Source: Malacoraja senta
Lineage: Eukaryota
Assembly (NCBI GenBank): GCA_038087875.1
Contig: CM075986.1
Coordinates: 33,418,001 to 33,477,559, forward strand
Direction: 5' to 3'
DNA length: 59,559 nucleotides
Shown here: positions 35,211-49,067 of the stretch, one piece after another
Layout: each line of letters starts with the position of its first letter
How positions within the stretch are numbered: the first letter of the stretch is position 1
The notes under the pieces: model-generated
The model's input: the letters and a program-made list of their open reading frames with translations, nothing else
The model's database searches: none
What the model was told of the DNA's origin: nothing
Made by a program: the position numbers and the translations under genes

Positions 35211-36383
35211 GGACTAGGGTAGCTGGGATATTGTTGGCCGGTGTGGGCGAGTTGGGCCGAAGAGCCTGTTTCCACACTGTATTAATCTATGATTCTATGA
35301 GTGCACCAAATACACCAGATACTGGGCTAAAACGCATCAGGAGAGGAATACATGGACAGGTTCAGAATAGGATACAACAGATACTGAGGAGTCAACACCA
35401 GCACCTGATCCAAATGGCGTAAGTCCGAGGGCCAGACATTGCAGGAAAGCCCACGGGGCCGGGTATTGGAGGAACACACCTCGGGGAAAAGACATTGGGG
35501 ACATGACCAGACAATGGTAGGCCTCCGGGGAGTGTTGTAGAGCAGAGGGATCTAGGAGTACAGGTGCATGGTTCCTTGAAGGTGGAGTCACAGGTAGATA
35601 GCGTGGTCAAAAATACTTTTGACACATTTGCTTTCATCAGTCAGAGTATTGAGTATAGAAGTTGGGAGGTCGTGTTCGAATTCTCTGCCTCAGAGGGCGG
35701 TGGAGGCCGGTTCTCTGGATACTTTCAAGAAAGAGCTAGATAGGGCTCTTAAAGATAGCGGAGTCAGGGGATATGAGGAGGAGGCAGGAATGGGCTACTG
35801 ATTGTGGATGATCAGCCATGATCACATTGAATGACCGTGCTGGCTCGAAGGGCCGTATGGCCTACTCCTGCACCTATTGTCTATTATATGTCATTGATGG
35901 GACCACATTTAGAGTATTGTGTTCAGTTCTGGGCACAATGTTATTGGGAAGATGTCAACAAGCTGGAAAGGGTACAGAGAAGATTAATATGTTGCCAGGA
36001 TATCAGAGTCTGCTATAGGGAGAGTTTGCGTAGGCCGGGACTCTAATCCTTGGAGCGCAGGAGGATGAGGGGTGATCTTATAGAGGTGTACAAAATCATG
36101 AGAGGAATAGATCGGGTAGATGCACAGAGTCTCTTGCCCAGAGTAGGGGAATCGAGGACCAGAGGACATAGGTTCAAGGTGAAGGGGAAAAGATTGAATA
36201 GGAATCTGAGGGGTAACTTTTCCACACAGAGGGCGGTGGGTGTATGGAATCAGCTGCCGGAGGAGGTAGTTGAGGCAGGGACTATCCCAATATTTAAGAA
36301 ACAGTTGGACAGGTACTTGGATAGGACAGTGTTGGAAGGATTTGAACCAAACACAGGCAGGTGGGACTAGTGTAGCTGGGACA

Positions 36384-37340
36384 TGGAAACAATTCATGAA
36401 ATCAATATTCATACTGCTGGGTTGTAAGCTGTCCAAGTGAAATATGAGATGCTGTTCCCCCAATTTGTGTTTCGTCTCACTCTGACTGTGCAGGAGTCCC
36501 AGGACAGAAAGGTCAGTGTGGGAATGGGAAGGGGAATTAAAGTGTTTGGCAACCGGGAGATCAGGTTGGTCCAGATGGACTGAGCGACGGTGTTCAGCGA
36601 AACGATCGCCCAGTCTACGTTTGGTCTAGCCGATGTATAGGAGTCCACACCTTGAACAGTGGATACAGTAGATGAGGTTGGAAGAGGTGCAAGTGAAGTG
36701 AACCAGCATTTATTTCCCGTCCCCAACAGCTTTTGAACTGGGTGTTTCCCTGGGCCATTTCAGAGCTGATAAGGGCCAACTACATGACTGGGGGCCTGGA
36801 GTCACATAACGAGACCAGGTAAAGTCAGCAATGCTCTTCCCTGAAGCTTAGAGTCATGGGTTTAGACACCAATGGTAGACAGAAATGCTGGAGAAACTGA
36901 GCGGGTGAGGAAGCATCTATGGAGCGAAGGAATAGGTGACGTTTCGGGTCGAGACCCTTCCTCAGACTGATGTGTGGGTTCGGGGGGGCGGGAAGAAGAA
37001 AGGAAGAGGCAGAGGCAGTGGGCTGTGGGAGAGCTGGGAAGGGGAGGGAGAAAGCAAGGACTACCTGAAATAGCGGTATGAACATTGACTTCTCCAATTT
37101 CAGGTAGTCCTTGCTTTCTCCCTCTTTCCCTGCCCCTTCCCAGCTCTCCCACAGCCCACTGTCTCCGCCTCTTCCTTTCTTCTTCTTCCCATCCCCCACC
37201 CCCACATCAGTCTGAAGAAGGGTCTCGACCCGAAAGGTCACCTATTCCTTCGCTCCATAGATGCTGCATCACCCGCTGAGTTTCTCCAGCATTTTTGTCT
37301 ACCTTCGATTTTTCCAACATCTCCAGTTCCTTCTTAAACA
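36384..37340. mobile_element. Penelope-like element fragments: minus-strand GIY-YIG piece and an inverted pair of tails
   Basis: 36384-36710 is the reverse complement of sequence similar to 47040-47340. 36870-37340 holds two oppositely oriented copies of the tail. Confidence 0.7.
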
Positions 37341-37742
37341 ATCTCTTTCCCAATGTCACAACTACAGACACATGACTTTAATTGCACAGATTTAATGAAC
37401 TTACTTTAAACTCCTCACCGCTGTGGTGTGGTGGGAACACGGTCTCCAGATCACAGTCCCAACTTCTGAATGACATAATTCACTGGAACATTGTGCCAGT
37501 GTATCCCTACTGAACCACAATACAGGGAGGCCAACAACAATACAGACCAGTGTTAATACTACATACCACACCCAGCCCACTCACACTGCCTTTGCACTCC
37601 TTCATCCCATCTACCTCCTTGTCCTCTCTCTTGCTCTCTCCTGCTCCATACACTGGCATTCACAATGATCCCTCTGCCTTCCACTTTATAACACACTGCA
37701 ACAGTCTGCCTTTTTGCTCGATTATACATCTTTCCCGATGTC

Positions 37743-37743
<1 letters not shown>

Positions 37744-37779
<36 letters not shown>

Positions 37780-37920
37780 CTGTCTCTCTGTCTGTGTCTC
37801 TCACTGTCTCTGTCCGTCTGTCTCTCACTCTGTCTGTTTCTGTCTCTCTCTGTCCCTCACTCTTTCTCTCTCTTTCTCTGTCTTTGTCTCTCTGTTTTTG
37901 TCTCTCTCTTTCTGTCTCTC
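37744..37920. repeat. (CT)n / (CTGT)n compound microsatellite
   Basis: Directly visible. Confidence 0.9.
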
Positions 37921-38789
37921 AACAAGATGATATCTTCCATGTTCCACAACATCATGACAGCAGCCAACACACAGCATCTGTTGCTCAGCAGCCAGACTCC
38001 CTTCCACCCTCACATTTCGACCGTCTATAAAGACAGGACGTTGGAACAAACGAGGGCCTTACAATGCCACTAGCCTCTGCTCGCTCCAGGAATGTCTGCT
38101 CTGACACTGGTCTCCCATCTCCTCCGATTTTCCCTCCAGAAGTGCAGCCACTCCTCCAGTATATTTCGCACACTTCGCTGCTTGCAAATAACGGCCTTGA
38201 CTTCTGCTTCTCTCCTCTCAGCCAATGGCTAGAAAAATGTGTAGGAAGGAAATGCAGACTGCAGAACTGCAGTCTATCTGGTTTACTCCGAAGATAAACA
38301 CAAAATGCTGGAGTAACTCAGCGGTATAGGCAGCATCTCTGGAGAGAAGGAACGTTTCGGGTCGAGACCCTTCTTCTCAAGAGAGAGTTAGATTTAGCTC
38401 TTAAGGCTAAGGGAATCAAGGGATATGGGGAAAAGCAGGAACAGGGTACAGATTTTAGATGATCAGCCATGATCATATTGAATGGCTGTGCTGGCTCGAA
38501 GGGCCGAATGGGTGTGGAAGGATGTTTTTCAAATTTTAAAACAATTACTGGGTATATTTTGTGCAGATTCAGATTATAACTGTGGCAATTTGGTAAGGCA
38601 ACTGTGCCAACTTTAACAACTTGTAAACAAAGATGACAGGTTCAAATCCCGTCAGTGCCCATATTTACTTCCCTTTAACAGGGTGGCACAGTGGTGCAGC
38701 AGGTAGAGCTGCTGCCCCAAAGACCCGGGTACGATCATGACCTCAGATGCTGTCTGTGAAGTTTGCACGTTCTCCCTGTGAGCGCGTGA

Positions 38790-39075
38790 GTTTTGTCCAG
38801 GAACAGTCTGAAGAAATTACACATCACATCGAGTAACTGGGAGCACATTGCACTGGACAGGCGCTCCTGGAGGAATTCCATGCAGGAAGGAGCTGCACGT
38901 CACGAAATGGAACTACGCTGTGTCGCAGTGACAAAGCGACAGCACCGTAAGGAGAGAGAGAAGGGGGCTCGACGACTATCAACCACCACCAGTCTCCACT
39001 GCCAACGTTGCACCAAGGTGTGTGGATCGCGGATCGGCCTCTACAGACATCTGCAGACCCACAAGTAGACGACCC
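38790..39075 (+). mobile_element. RTE-clade LINE 3' end
   Basis: WEHIALDRRSWRN...CQRCTKVCGSRIGLYRHLQTHK matches the typical C-terminal zinc finger of RTE ORFs. Confidence 0.75.
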
Positions 39076-39094
39076 TATACAGAGGAGAGGCAGT

Positions 39095-41650
39095 CAATAG
39101 ACAATAGGTGCAGGAGTAGGCCATTTGGCCCTTCGAGCCAGCACCGCCATTCAATGTGATCATGGCTGATCATCTCCAATCAGTACCCCGTTCCTGCCTT
39201 CTCCCCATATCCCCTGACTCCGCTATTTTTAAGAGCCCTATCTAGCTCTCTCTTGAAAGCATCCAGAGAACCTGCCTCCACCACCCTCTGAGGCAGAGAA
39301 TTCCACAGACTCACCACTCTGTGAGAAAAAGTGTTTCCTCGTCTCCGTTCTAAATGGCTTACTCCTTATTCTTAAACTGTGGCCCCTGGTTCTGGACACC
39401 CCCAACATCGGGAACATGTTTCCTGCCTCTAGTGTGTCAAAGCCCTTAACAATCTTATATGTTTCAATGGGGAGTGTACAAGCCCAGCTGCTCCATTCTC
39501 TCAGCATATGACAGTCCTGCTATCCCGGGAATTAACCTTGTAAACCTACGATGCACTCCCTCAATAGCAAGAATGTCCTTCCTCAAATTAGGGACCAAAA
39601 CTGCACACAATACTCCAGGTGTGGTCTCACTAGGGCTCTGTACAACTGCAGAAGGACCTCTTTGCTCCTATATTCGATTCCTCTTGTTATAAAGGCCAAC
39701 ATGCCATTCGCTTTCTTCGCTGCCTGCTGTACCTGCATGCTTACTTTCATAGACTGATGTACAAGGACCCCCAGATCCCATTGTACTTCCCCTTTTCCCA
39801 ACTTGATGCCATTTGGATAGTAATCTACCTTCCTGTTTTTGCTACCAAAGTGGATAACCTCACATTTATCCGCATTAAACTTCATCTGCCATGCATCTGC
39901 CCACTTCCCCAACCTGTCCAAGTCACCCTGCATTCTCATAGCATCCTCCTCACAGTTCACACTGCCACCCAGCTTTGTGTCATCTGCAAATTTGCTAATG
40001 TTACTTTGAATCCCTTCATCCAAATCATTGATGTATATTGTAAATAGCTGCGGCCCCAGCACCGAGCCTTGCGGTACCCCACTAGTCACTGCCTGCCATT
40101 CTGAAAGGGACCCGTTAATCGCTACTCTTTGTTTCCTGTCTGCCAACCACTTCTCTATCCATGTCAGCACTCTACCCCCAATACCATGTGCCCTAATTTT
40201 GCCCACTAATCTCCTATGTGGGACCTTATCAAATGCTTTCTGAAAGTCCAGTTACACTACATCCACTGGCTCTCCCTTGTCCATTTTCCAAGTTACATTT
40301 TCAAAAAATTCCAGAAGATTCGGACCGATCCTGTTACTGCTATCCAAGTGTGCGGCTATCTCATCTTTTATAATTGACTCCAGCATCTTCCCCACCACCG
40401 ATGTTAGGCAACTGGTCTATAATTCTGTTTTTTCTCTCCCGCCTTTCTTAAAACGTGGGATAACATTAGCTACCCTCCAATCCACAGGAACTGATCTTGA
40501 GTCTATTGAACATTGGAAAATTATCACCAATGCATCCAAGATTTCTAGAGCCACTTCCTTAAGTACCCTGGGATGCAGACCATCAGACCCTGGGGATTTA
40601 TCAGCCTGCAGTCCCATCAGTCTATCTAACACCATTTCCTGCCTAATGTGGATTTCCTTCAGTTCCTCTGTCACCCCAGATCCTCTGGCCACTACTATAT
40701 CAGGAAGATTGTTTGTGTCCTCCTAAGTGAAGACAGATCCAAAGTACCTGTTCAACTCATCTGCCATTTCCTTGTTCCCCATAATAAATTCACCTTTTTC
40801 GGTCTTCAAGGGTCCAACTTTGGTCTTAACTAATTTTTTCCTCTTCACATACCTAAATAAGCTTTTACTATCCTGCTTTATATTCTTGGCTAGCTTACCT
40901 TCGTACCTCATCTTTTCTCCCCGTATTGTCTTTTTGGTTATCTTCTGTTGTTCTTTAAACATTACCCAATCCTCTTGCTTCCCGCTCATCTTTGCTACGT
41001 TGTACTTCTTCGCTTTAATTTTTATACTGTCCCTGACGTCCCTTGTCAGCCATGGTCGTCCCTTCCTCCCCTTGGAGGAAGGGACGACTCCTGATTCAAC
41101 TTGTGTCCTATGTCCAGGCTACTGTTTGGGGGCCTGTAGATTAGTCCCATTGGGGTCTTTTAACCCTTACAATTCCTTAGTTCTATCCATACTGACTCCA
41201 CATCTCCTGTTTCAATGTCACCCCTGAATTTCATTCCTCACCAACAGGGCAACCCCAACCCCAACCCCTCTGCCCACCTGTCTGTCTTTTCGATAGGAGG
41301 TATACCCTTGAATATTCAGTTCCCAGCCCTGGCCCTCTTGCAGCCATGTCTCAGTAATTCCCACATCACACTTGCCAGTTTCTAACTGAGCCTCAAGCTC
41401 GTCCACTTTATTCCTTATACTTCGCGCATTCATATACAGCACCTTGACCTTCGTATTCACTTCCCCCCTCGCAATTGGCCCTGACCTTACTCTGTTGTCG
41501 ATTATCAAGCTTTCCTTCCCATTAATTCGAGAATCTTTTGTAATTATTCCTGTAGCCACTTCCCCTTCAACTCCATCTTTATACTCCCAATTTGTCAATC
41601 CCTCCCCCCCCACTATTTAGTTTAAACCCACACGTGTAGCCCGAGCAAAC
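39095..41650 (-). mobile_element. Decayed CR1 LINE with internal deletions
   Basis: ORFs 39583-40206 (RT), 40417-40989 and 41218-41613 (endonuclease start, YMNARSIRNK). Confidence 0.9.
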
Positions 41651-42675
41651 CTGCCTGGCAGAATGTTGGACCCCCTCCAGTCATACTCGTTTCGAGTGAC
41701 CGCCGATGATGATGATGATTTGTCCAGGTGCTCTGGTTTCCTCCCACATCTCAAAGACATACGTGTTTGTAAGTTAACTCAAGCTAACTAGGTTATCCCA
41801 CTTTCTTATCTATTCCCTGCACACCAGTGTAATTTACAAAAACTATCGTCAGCATGCACTTGGAGGGCAGAAGGGCCTGTTTCACTACAATGGTGAAGTA
41901 GGGGAGGGCACCATCAAATGGGGAATTATGGGAGGGCACCATCAATTATGTTTGTTTGCTCTGGGCACTGTGAGCTGTAGAAGCTGGTTTACACCGAAGA
42001 TACACACAAGATGCTGGAGTAACTCAGCGGGACCAGGCAGCATCTCTGGAGAGAAGGAATGGGTGATGTTTCAGGTCGAGACCCTCTCCCAACTGTCTGA
42101 GGAAGGGTCTCGACCCGAAACATCACCCGTTCCTTCTCTCCAGAGATACTGCGTGTCCCGCTGAGTTACTCCAGATTTTTGTGTCTAACTTTGTTTGACC
42201 CGTCTACAATAAATGGACATTACTTTGTGAAAGGCCACTTTCGCAATGTTTCCACTAGTGGGAGATAATTAAAGGACCTTCCTTTAGGAAGGAGATGAGG
42301 AGGAATTTATTTAGTCAGAGAGTGGTGAATCTGGGATTCATTGCCACAGATGGCCATGGAGGCCAAGTCAATGGCCTTTTTAAGGCAGAGATAAATAAAT
42401 TCTTGATTAGAACGGATGTCAGGGGTTATGGGGAGTAGGCAGGAGAATGGTGTTGAAAGGGAAAGATAGATCAGCCGTGATTGAATGACGGAGTAGACTT
42501 GATGGGCCGAATGGCCTAATTCAGCTCCTATCACTTACGACCTTTCCTTGAAATCTCAATGGACCTTGCATTTGGCGTTTCTTGGTAAGAAATGGTTGCT
42601 CAGCTTTGAAGAGTGAGGGTCGGCTTGGCTGAGTGAGTGGGAAGGAGACAGGAGACGGCTGATGGGTGAATGGCC

Positions 42676-42681
42676 TTTATT
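42676..42681 (-). terminator. Candidate polyadenylation signal of SDR39U1
   Basis: AATAAA on the minus strand about 500 nt past the stop codon. Confidence 0.45.
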
Positions 42682-43174
42682 CCCCAGTGGAACCGGTTAC
42701 AATTGCCCCTCCCCCACACTGACCTCTCACCCCGGCAGCGACCCTCAACCCCAAAACCCACCTCCCCAAACTCACTGCAACACCTGCTGACCCCTGACCT
42801 CACCTCTCGTCCAAGTCAAGTCGGGGAAGCCCAGCCCTTTAACCCTGACCCCTACCCCTTCACCTCTGACCCTAGCCTAGGTCAGGATACCAGGGTGGTC
42901 GTGATCTCGGGGAAGCCATTCACTCTGACCACCCGCCCTCTGACCCCCCTCATCTGACTCCTGACCCTGAGGTCAGGGCCTGAGCTCGGGGAAGTGCTGG
43001 TGTGATCTTTTGACCACTGACTCCCACCCCTGGCCCAACACTGTGACCACTGACCCCATCCCAGAGGTCACTGCAACAGGTGGTGGAGGCTGGGTCTGAC
43101 CCCGGGCTGGGGGTCAGTGGAGGAGTAGGTGGATGGCCAGCCAGAGGTTGACCCCTGACCCATGACCCTGGGGG

Positions 43175-43692
43175 TCAGTGGAGGAGGTTGTCGATGGCCG
43201 CCTGTAGCCGGGGGAATCGGTAGCGGTAGCCGCTGGCCAGTGTGCGGCGAGGTTCCACCCACTGGCCCTGCAGTAGCAGCAACGCCCGCTCTGGCCCCAG
43301 TGCAGCCTGCACCAATGCAGCGGGCACCCGCAGCCGGGCTCCACGCCCCAGGCTCCCCGCCAGTGCCTCCGCAAACTCCCCCTGGGTGCAGCGAGACGGG
43401 GCAACGCCGTTCAACACCCCCTCCACCCCTCCCAACCTCCTTCCCCCTTCCCCTCCCACTCTCTCCCCCTCCCTCACTCCCTCTCCCCTCACCCCCTCCC
43501 CCTCCACCGCACCACGCGCCCCCTCCCCCTCCCTCTGCACCCCCTCCAGCGCGTGCAGCAAGATCCCAGCCAGGTCTTCCACGTGGATCCAGGGGAAGGG
43601 CTGGAGTCCGGAGCCCAACGGCCCCCCAAGGCCAATCCGAAACGGCAGCAGCATCGACGGCAGTGCTCCCCCCTCTCTCCCCAGGACCACTC
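43175..43692 (-). CDS. SDR39U1: SDR39U1 (epimerase family protein) exon 6, last exon
   Basis: ctgcag acceptor. GVVLGREGGALPSMLLPFRIGLGGPLGSGLQPFPWIHVEDL...GVLNGVAP...LLQGQWVEPRRTLASGYRYRFP matches the remembered human SDR39U1 C-terminus. Confidence 0.92.
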
Positions 43693-44269
43693 CTGCAGCG
43701 GGCGGTGGGGGGAGGGGGGGTAGAGGAGGGGAGAGGAGAGACGGGGGGGGGGGGGGGGGTTAGAGGGGGGTGGGTGAGAGAGAGTGGGGTAAAAGAAAGA
43801 GTGGTGAGAGGTGAAGTAGAGACCCCAGGAACAGACGGAGCGGAGCGATGGACCCACCATGGGGGACGGACGGATGCTGGGGGACAGAGACAGGGGACGG
43901 ACAGAACGCAGGGGGAGGGAGACAGGTGACTGTAGTGTATGTAATGGTAACTGTACCTTGAAGAACTGAGTACCAGATGGCGTGATATTAGTTTAGTTTA
44001 GAGATTCAGCACGGAAACAGGCCCTTCGGTCCAACTTGCCCATACAGGCCAACATGTCCCAGTTACACTAGCTCCTGCTGCCTGCGCTTGGTCCATATCC
44101 CTCCAAACCCATCCTATCCATGTACCTGTCTAACTGTTTCTTAAACGATGGGATAGTCCCAGCCTCAACTACCTCCTCTGGCAGCTTGTTCCATACACCC
44201 ACCACCCCCTGTGTGAAAAAGGTTATCCCTCAGATTCCTATTAAATCTTTTCCTCTTCAATAGACAATA

Positions 44270-47200
44270 GGTGCAGGAGTAGGCCATTCGGCCCTTCGAG
44301 CCAGCACCACCATTCAATGTGATCATGGCTGATCATCCCCAATCAGTACCCCATTCCTGCCTTCTCCCCATATCCCCTGACTCCGCTATTTTTAAGAGCC
44401 CTATATAGCTCTCTCTTGAAAGCATCCAGAGAACCTGCCTCCACCGCCCTCGGAGGCAGAGAATTCCACAGACTCACCACTCTCTGTGAGAAAAAGAGTT
44501 TCCTCGTCTCCGTTCTAAATGGCTTACTCCTTATTCTTAAACTGTGGCCCCTGGTTCTGGACTCCCCAACATCGGGAACATGTTTCCTGCCTCTAGCGTG
44601 TCCAAGCCCTTAACAATCTTATATGTTTCAATGAGATACCCTCTCATCCTTCTAAACTCCAGAGTGTAGAAGCCCAGCTGCTCCATTCTCTCAGCATATG
44701 ACAGTCCCGCCATCCCGGGAATTAACCTTGTAAACCTACGCTGCACTCCCTCAATAGCAAGAATGTCCTTCCTCAAATTAGGGGACCAAAACTGCACACA
44801 ATACTCCAGGTGTGGTCTCTGTACAACTGCAGAAGGACCTCTTCGCTCCTATATTCGATTCCTCTTGTTATAAAGGCCAACATGCCATTCGCTTTCTTCG
44901 CTGCCTGCTGTACCTGCATGCTTACTTTCATAGACTGATGTACAAGGACCCCCAGATCCCGTTGTACTTCCCCTTTTCCCAACTTGACGCCATTTAGATA
45001 GTAATCTGCCTTCCTGTTTTTGCTACCAAAGTGGATAACCTCACATTTATCCGCATTAAACTTCATCTGCCATGCATCTGCCCACTCCCGCAACCTGTCC
45101 AAGTCACCCTGCATTCTCATAGCATCACAGTTCACACTGCCACCCAGCTTTGTGTCATCTGCAAATTTGCTAATGTTACTTTGAATCCCTTCATCCAAAT
45201 CATTGATGTATATTGTAAATAGCTGCGGCCCCAGCACCGAGCCTTGCGGTACCCCACTAGTCACTGCCTGCCATTCTGAAAGGGACCGGTTAATCCCTAC
45301 TCTTTGTTTCCTGCCTGCCAACCACTTCTCTATCCATGTCAGCACTCTACCCCCAATACCATGTGCCCTAATTTTGCCCACTAATCTCCTATGTGGGACC
45401 TTATCAAATGCTTTCTGAAAGTCCAGGTTCACTACATCCACTGGCTCTCCCTTGTCCATTTTCTGAGTTACATCTTCAAAAAATTCCAGAAGATTAGTCA
45501 AGCATGATTTCCCCTTCGTAAATCCATGCTGACTCGGACCGATCCTGTTACTGCTATCCAAATGTGCGGCTATCTCATCTTTTATAATTGACTCCAGCAT
45601 CTTCCCCACCACTGATGTCAGGCTAACATCTATAATTCCCCGTTTTCTCTCTCCTGCCTTTCTTAAAAAGTGGGATAACATTAGCTACCCTCCAATCCAC
45701 AGGAACTGATCCTGAGTCTATAGAATTTTTCGAGGATGTAACTAGTAGAGTGGATAGGGGAGAACCAGTGGATGTGTTGTATCTGGACTTTCAGAAGGCT
45801 TTCGACAAGGTACCACATAAGAGATTAGTATACAAACTTAAAGCACACGGTATTGGGGGTTCAGTATTGATGTGGATAGAGAACTGGCTGGCAAACAGGA
45901 AGCAAAGAGTAGGAGTAAACGGGTCCTTTTCACAATGGCAGGCAGTGACTAGTGGGGTACCGCAAGGCTCAGTGCTGGGACCCCAGCTATTTACAATTTA
46001 TATTAATGATCTGGATGAGGGAATTGAAGGCAACATCTCCAAGTTTGCGGATGACACTAAGCTGGGGGGCAGTGTCAGCTGTGAGGAGGATGCTAGGAGA
46101 CTGCAAGGTGACTTGGATAGGCTGGGTGAGTGGGCAAATGTTTGGCAGATGCAGTATAATGTGGATAATTGTGAGGTTATCCACTTTGGTGGCAAAAACA
46201 GGAAAGCAGACTATTATCTAAATGGTGGCCGATTAGGAAATGGGGAGATGCAGTGAGACCTGGGTGTCATGGTACACCAGTGATTGAAAGTAGGCAAAGT
46301 GTTAAAGAAGGAACTGCAGATGCTGGAAAATCGAAGGTACACAAAAATGCTGGAGAAACTCAGCGGGTGCAGCAGCATCTATGGAGCGAAGGAAATAGGT
46401 AACGTTCCTTGACCTCACTATCTCCATCGCAGGTGATAGACTCCTTACCGACATCCACTACAAACCTACCGACTCCCATGGCTATCTGGACTACACTTCT
46501 TCCCACCCTGCTTCCTGTAAGGACTCCATCCCCCACTCCCAATTCCTCCGTCTACGCCGCATCTGCTCCCAGGATGAGGCGTTCCACACCAGGGCATCTG
46601 AAATGTCCTCATTCTTCAGGGAACGGGGGTTCCCCTCCTCCACCATAGATGAGGCTCGCACCAGGGTCTCTGCCATACCCCGCAACACTGCTCTCTCTCC
46701 CCATCCCCCCACTCACAACAAAGGCAGAGTCCCCCTAGTCCTCACCTTTCACCCCACCAGCCGTCACATACAACAAGTGATCCTCCGTCAGTTCCGCCAC
46801 CTCCAACGTGACCCCACCACTCGCCACATCTTCCCATCTCCCCCTATGTCTGCCTTCCGCAAAGACCGCTCCCTCCGTAACTCCCTTGTCAATTCTTCCC
46901 TTCCCTCCCATACCACCCCCTCCCCTGGTACTTTCCCTTGCAACCGCAAGAGATGCAACACTTGTCCCTTCACTTCCCCCCTCCACTCCATTCCAGGACC
47001 CAAGCAGTCGTTCCAGGTGCGACAGAGGTTCACCTGCATCTCCTCCAACCTCATCTATTGCATTCGCTGCTCTAGATGCCAGCTGATCTACATCGGTGAG
47101 ACCAAGCGGAGGCTTGGCGATCGTTTCGCCGAACACCTCCGGTCGGTCCGCAATAACCAACCTGAACTCCCGGTGGCTCAGCACTTCAACTCCCCCTCCC

Positions 47201-48240
47201 ATTCCGTATCTGACCTCTCTGTCCTGGGTCTCCTCCATGGCCACAGCGAGCAACACCGTAAATTGGAGGAAATGCACCTCATATTCCGCTTGGGCAGTCT
47301 ACATCCTGGTGGCCTGAACGTTGAATTCTCCCAATTCTGCTAGCCCTGGCTGTCCCCTCCCCTTCATCAGCCATCTGGTTGTCTCCGCCCCTCCCCCCAG
47401 CCCTCGGGCTCCTCCTCCTCCTTTTCCTTTTTTCCTTTCTTCTCCCCACCCCCTATCAGTCTGAAGAAGGGTTTCGGCCCGAAACGTTACCTATTTCCTT
47501 CGCTCCATAGATGCTGCTGCACCCGCTGAGTTTCTCCAGCATTTTTGTGTACCATTGAAAGTAGGCATGCAGGTGCAGCAGGCAGTGAAGAAAGCGAACG
47601 GTATGTTAGCTTTCATAGCAAAAGGATTTGAGTATAGGAGCAGGGAGGTTCTACTGCAGTTGTACAGGGTCTTGGTGAGACCACACCTGGAGTATTGCGT
47701 ACAGTTTTGGTCTCCAAATCTGAGGAAGGACATTATAGCCATAGAGGGAGTGCAGAGAAGGTTCACCAGACTGATTCCTGGGATGTCAGGACTTTCACAT
47801 GAAGAAAGACTGGATAGACTTGGCTTATACTCGCTAGAATTTAGGAGATTGAGAGGGGATCTTATAGAAACGTACAAAATTCTTATGGGGTTGGACAGGC
47901 TAGATGCAGGAAGATTGTTCCCGATGTTGGGGAAGTCCAGGACAAGGGGTCACAGCTTAAGGATAAGGGGGAAATCATTTAAGACCGAGATGAGGAAAAA
48001 CTTTTTCACACAGAGAGTGGTGAATCTCTGGAACTCTCTGCCACAGAGGGTAGTTGAGGCCAGTTCATTGGCTATATTTAAGAGGGAGTTAGATGTGGCC
48101 CTTGTGGCTAAGGGGATCAGGGGGTATGGAGAGAAGGCAGGTACGGGATACTGAGTTGGATGATCAGCCATGATCATATTGAATGGCGGTGCAGGCTCGA
48201 AGGGCCGAATCGCCTACTCCTGCACCTATTTTCTATCTAT
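44270..48240. mobile_element. Two head-to-head CR1 RT fragments (minus 44270-45720; plus 45720-48240), the second split by a Penelope element
   Basis: ORFs 44773-45681, 45750-46256 and 47555-48154 carry CR1 RT motifs. Confidence 0.88.
46297..47553 (+). mobile_element. 5'-truncated Penelope-like retroelement (RT C-terminus and GIY-YIG endonuclease)
   Basis: ORF 46603-47343 contains CNTC...NLIYCIRCSRCQLIYIGETKRRLGDRFAEH...VAQHFN. An inverted copy of the tail sits at the 5' end. 14-bp TSD ATTGAAAGTAGGCA at 46283-46296 and 47554-47567. Confidence 0.92.
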
Positions 48241-48895
48241 ATATGTATCTATGAAATTGAAGATAGACACAAAAAGCTGGACTAACTCAGCGGGACAGGC
48301 AGCATCTCTGGATAGAAGGAATGGGTGACGTTTTGGGTAGAGACCCTTCTTCAGACAATCACAATTACTCTCACTGACGAAGTTCAGTTCAGTTTGAAGA
48401 AGGGTCTCGACCCGAAACGTCACCCATTCCTTCTCTCCAGAGTCGCTGCCTGTCCCTCTGAGTTACTCCAGCAATCTGCCTTCGGTGTAAACCAGCATTT
48501 GCAGTTCCTTCCTACACTGTTCTAGTAAATCTTGTCTGCGCTCTCTGCCGTGCTTCCGCGCTGTACAGTGCGGTGTCCAATACCCCAGCCTTAATGAAAC
48601 CAATGTTTTAACGAAGTTCAACACAATCTCCTTCCCTTTGTATCCTGCACCTTCAGTTACAAACCCGTGCAAATGGTAGGCATTGTTGACACTGCATATT
48701 TTTTACAATTCCCCCTATCACCCTGAGTGTATTTCCTATTGGAAAGCAGAATATAGTTGATGCGGTCGGTTAGATCAGACGAAAGCTGGTTCCGAAAGAT
48801 GGGACGAACCGACCGTGGGGCACAGAGACAGGGGACGGACCGACTGTGGGGGAGGGGGACAGGGACAGACAGATCCGGGGGGGGGAGGGTGTTAC

Positions 48896-49048
48896 CTGCA
48901 CGGACCACCACCTGCCTCACGAGCCGCCCCGTTCCTTCGGGCAGTTGGGCCGCTGACTCCCAGTCACGCACCAACCGCGAGAAAAAGTCAAAGTCACCGC
49001 CAACACTCCCCTCGTGGTACTCCTCCCGCAGGCTGGGCCGGTAGTAGC
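48896..49048 (-). CDS. SDR39U1: SDR39U1 exon 5
   Basis: ccccag acceptor and G|GTAAC donor; 153 nt. GYYRPSLREEYHEGSVGGDFDFFSRLVRDWESAAQLP...RQVVVRA. Confidence 0.92.
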
Positions 49049-49067
49049 CTGGGGAGGGGGGAGAGAA

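Noticed and set aside
37920-38260. Possible IgW 3' enhancer (CATCTG E-box, TTGCAAAT octamer near-match)
   Set aside because: Short motifs expected by chance; there is no perfect octamer or motif cluster to support it without conservation or chromatin data.
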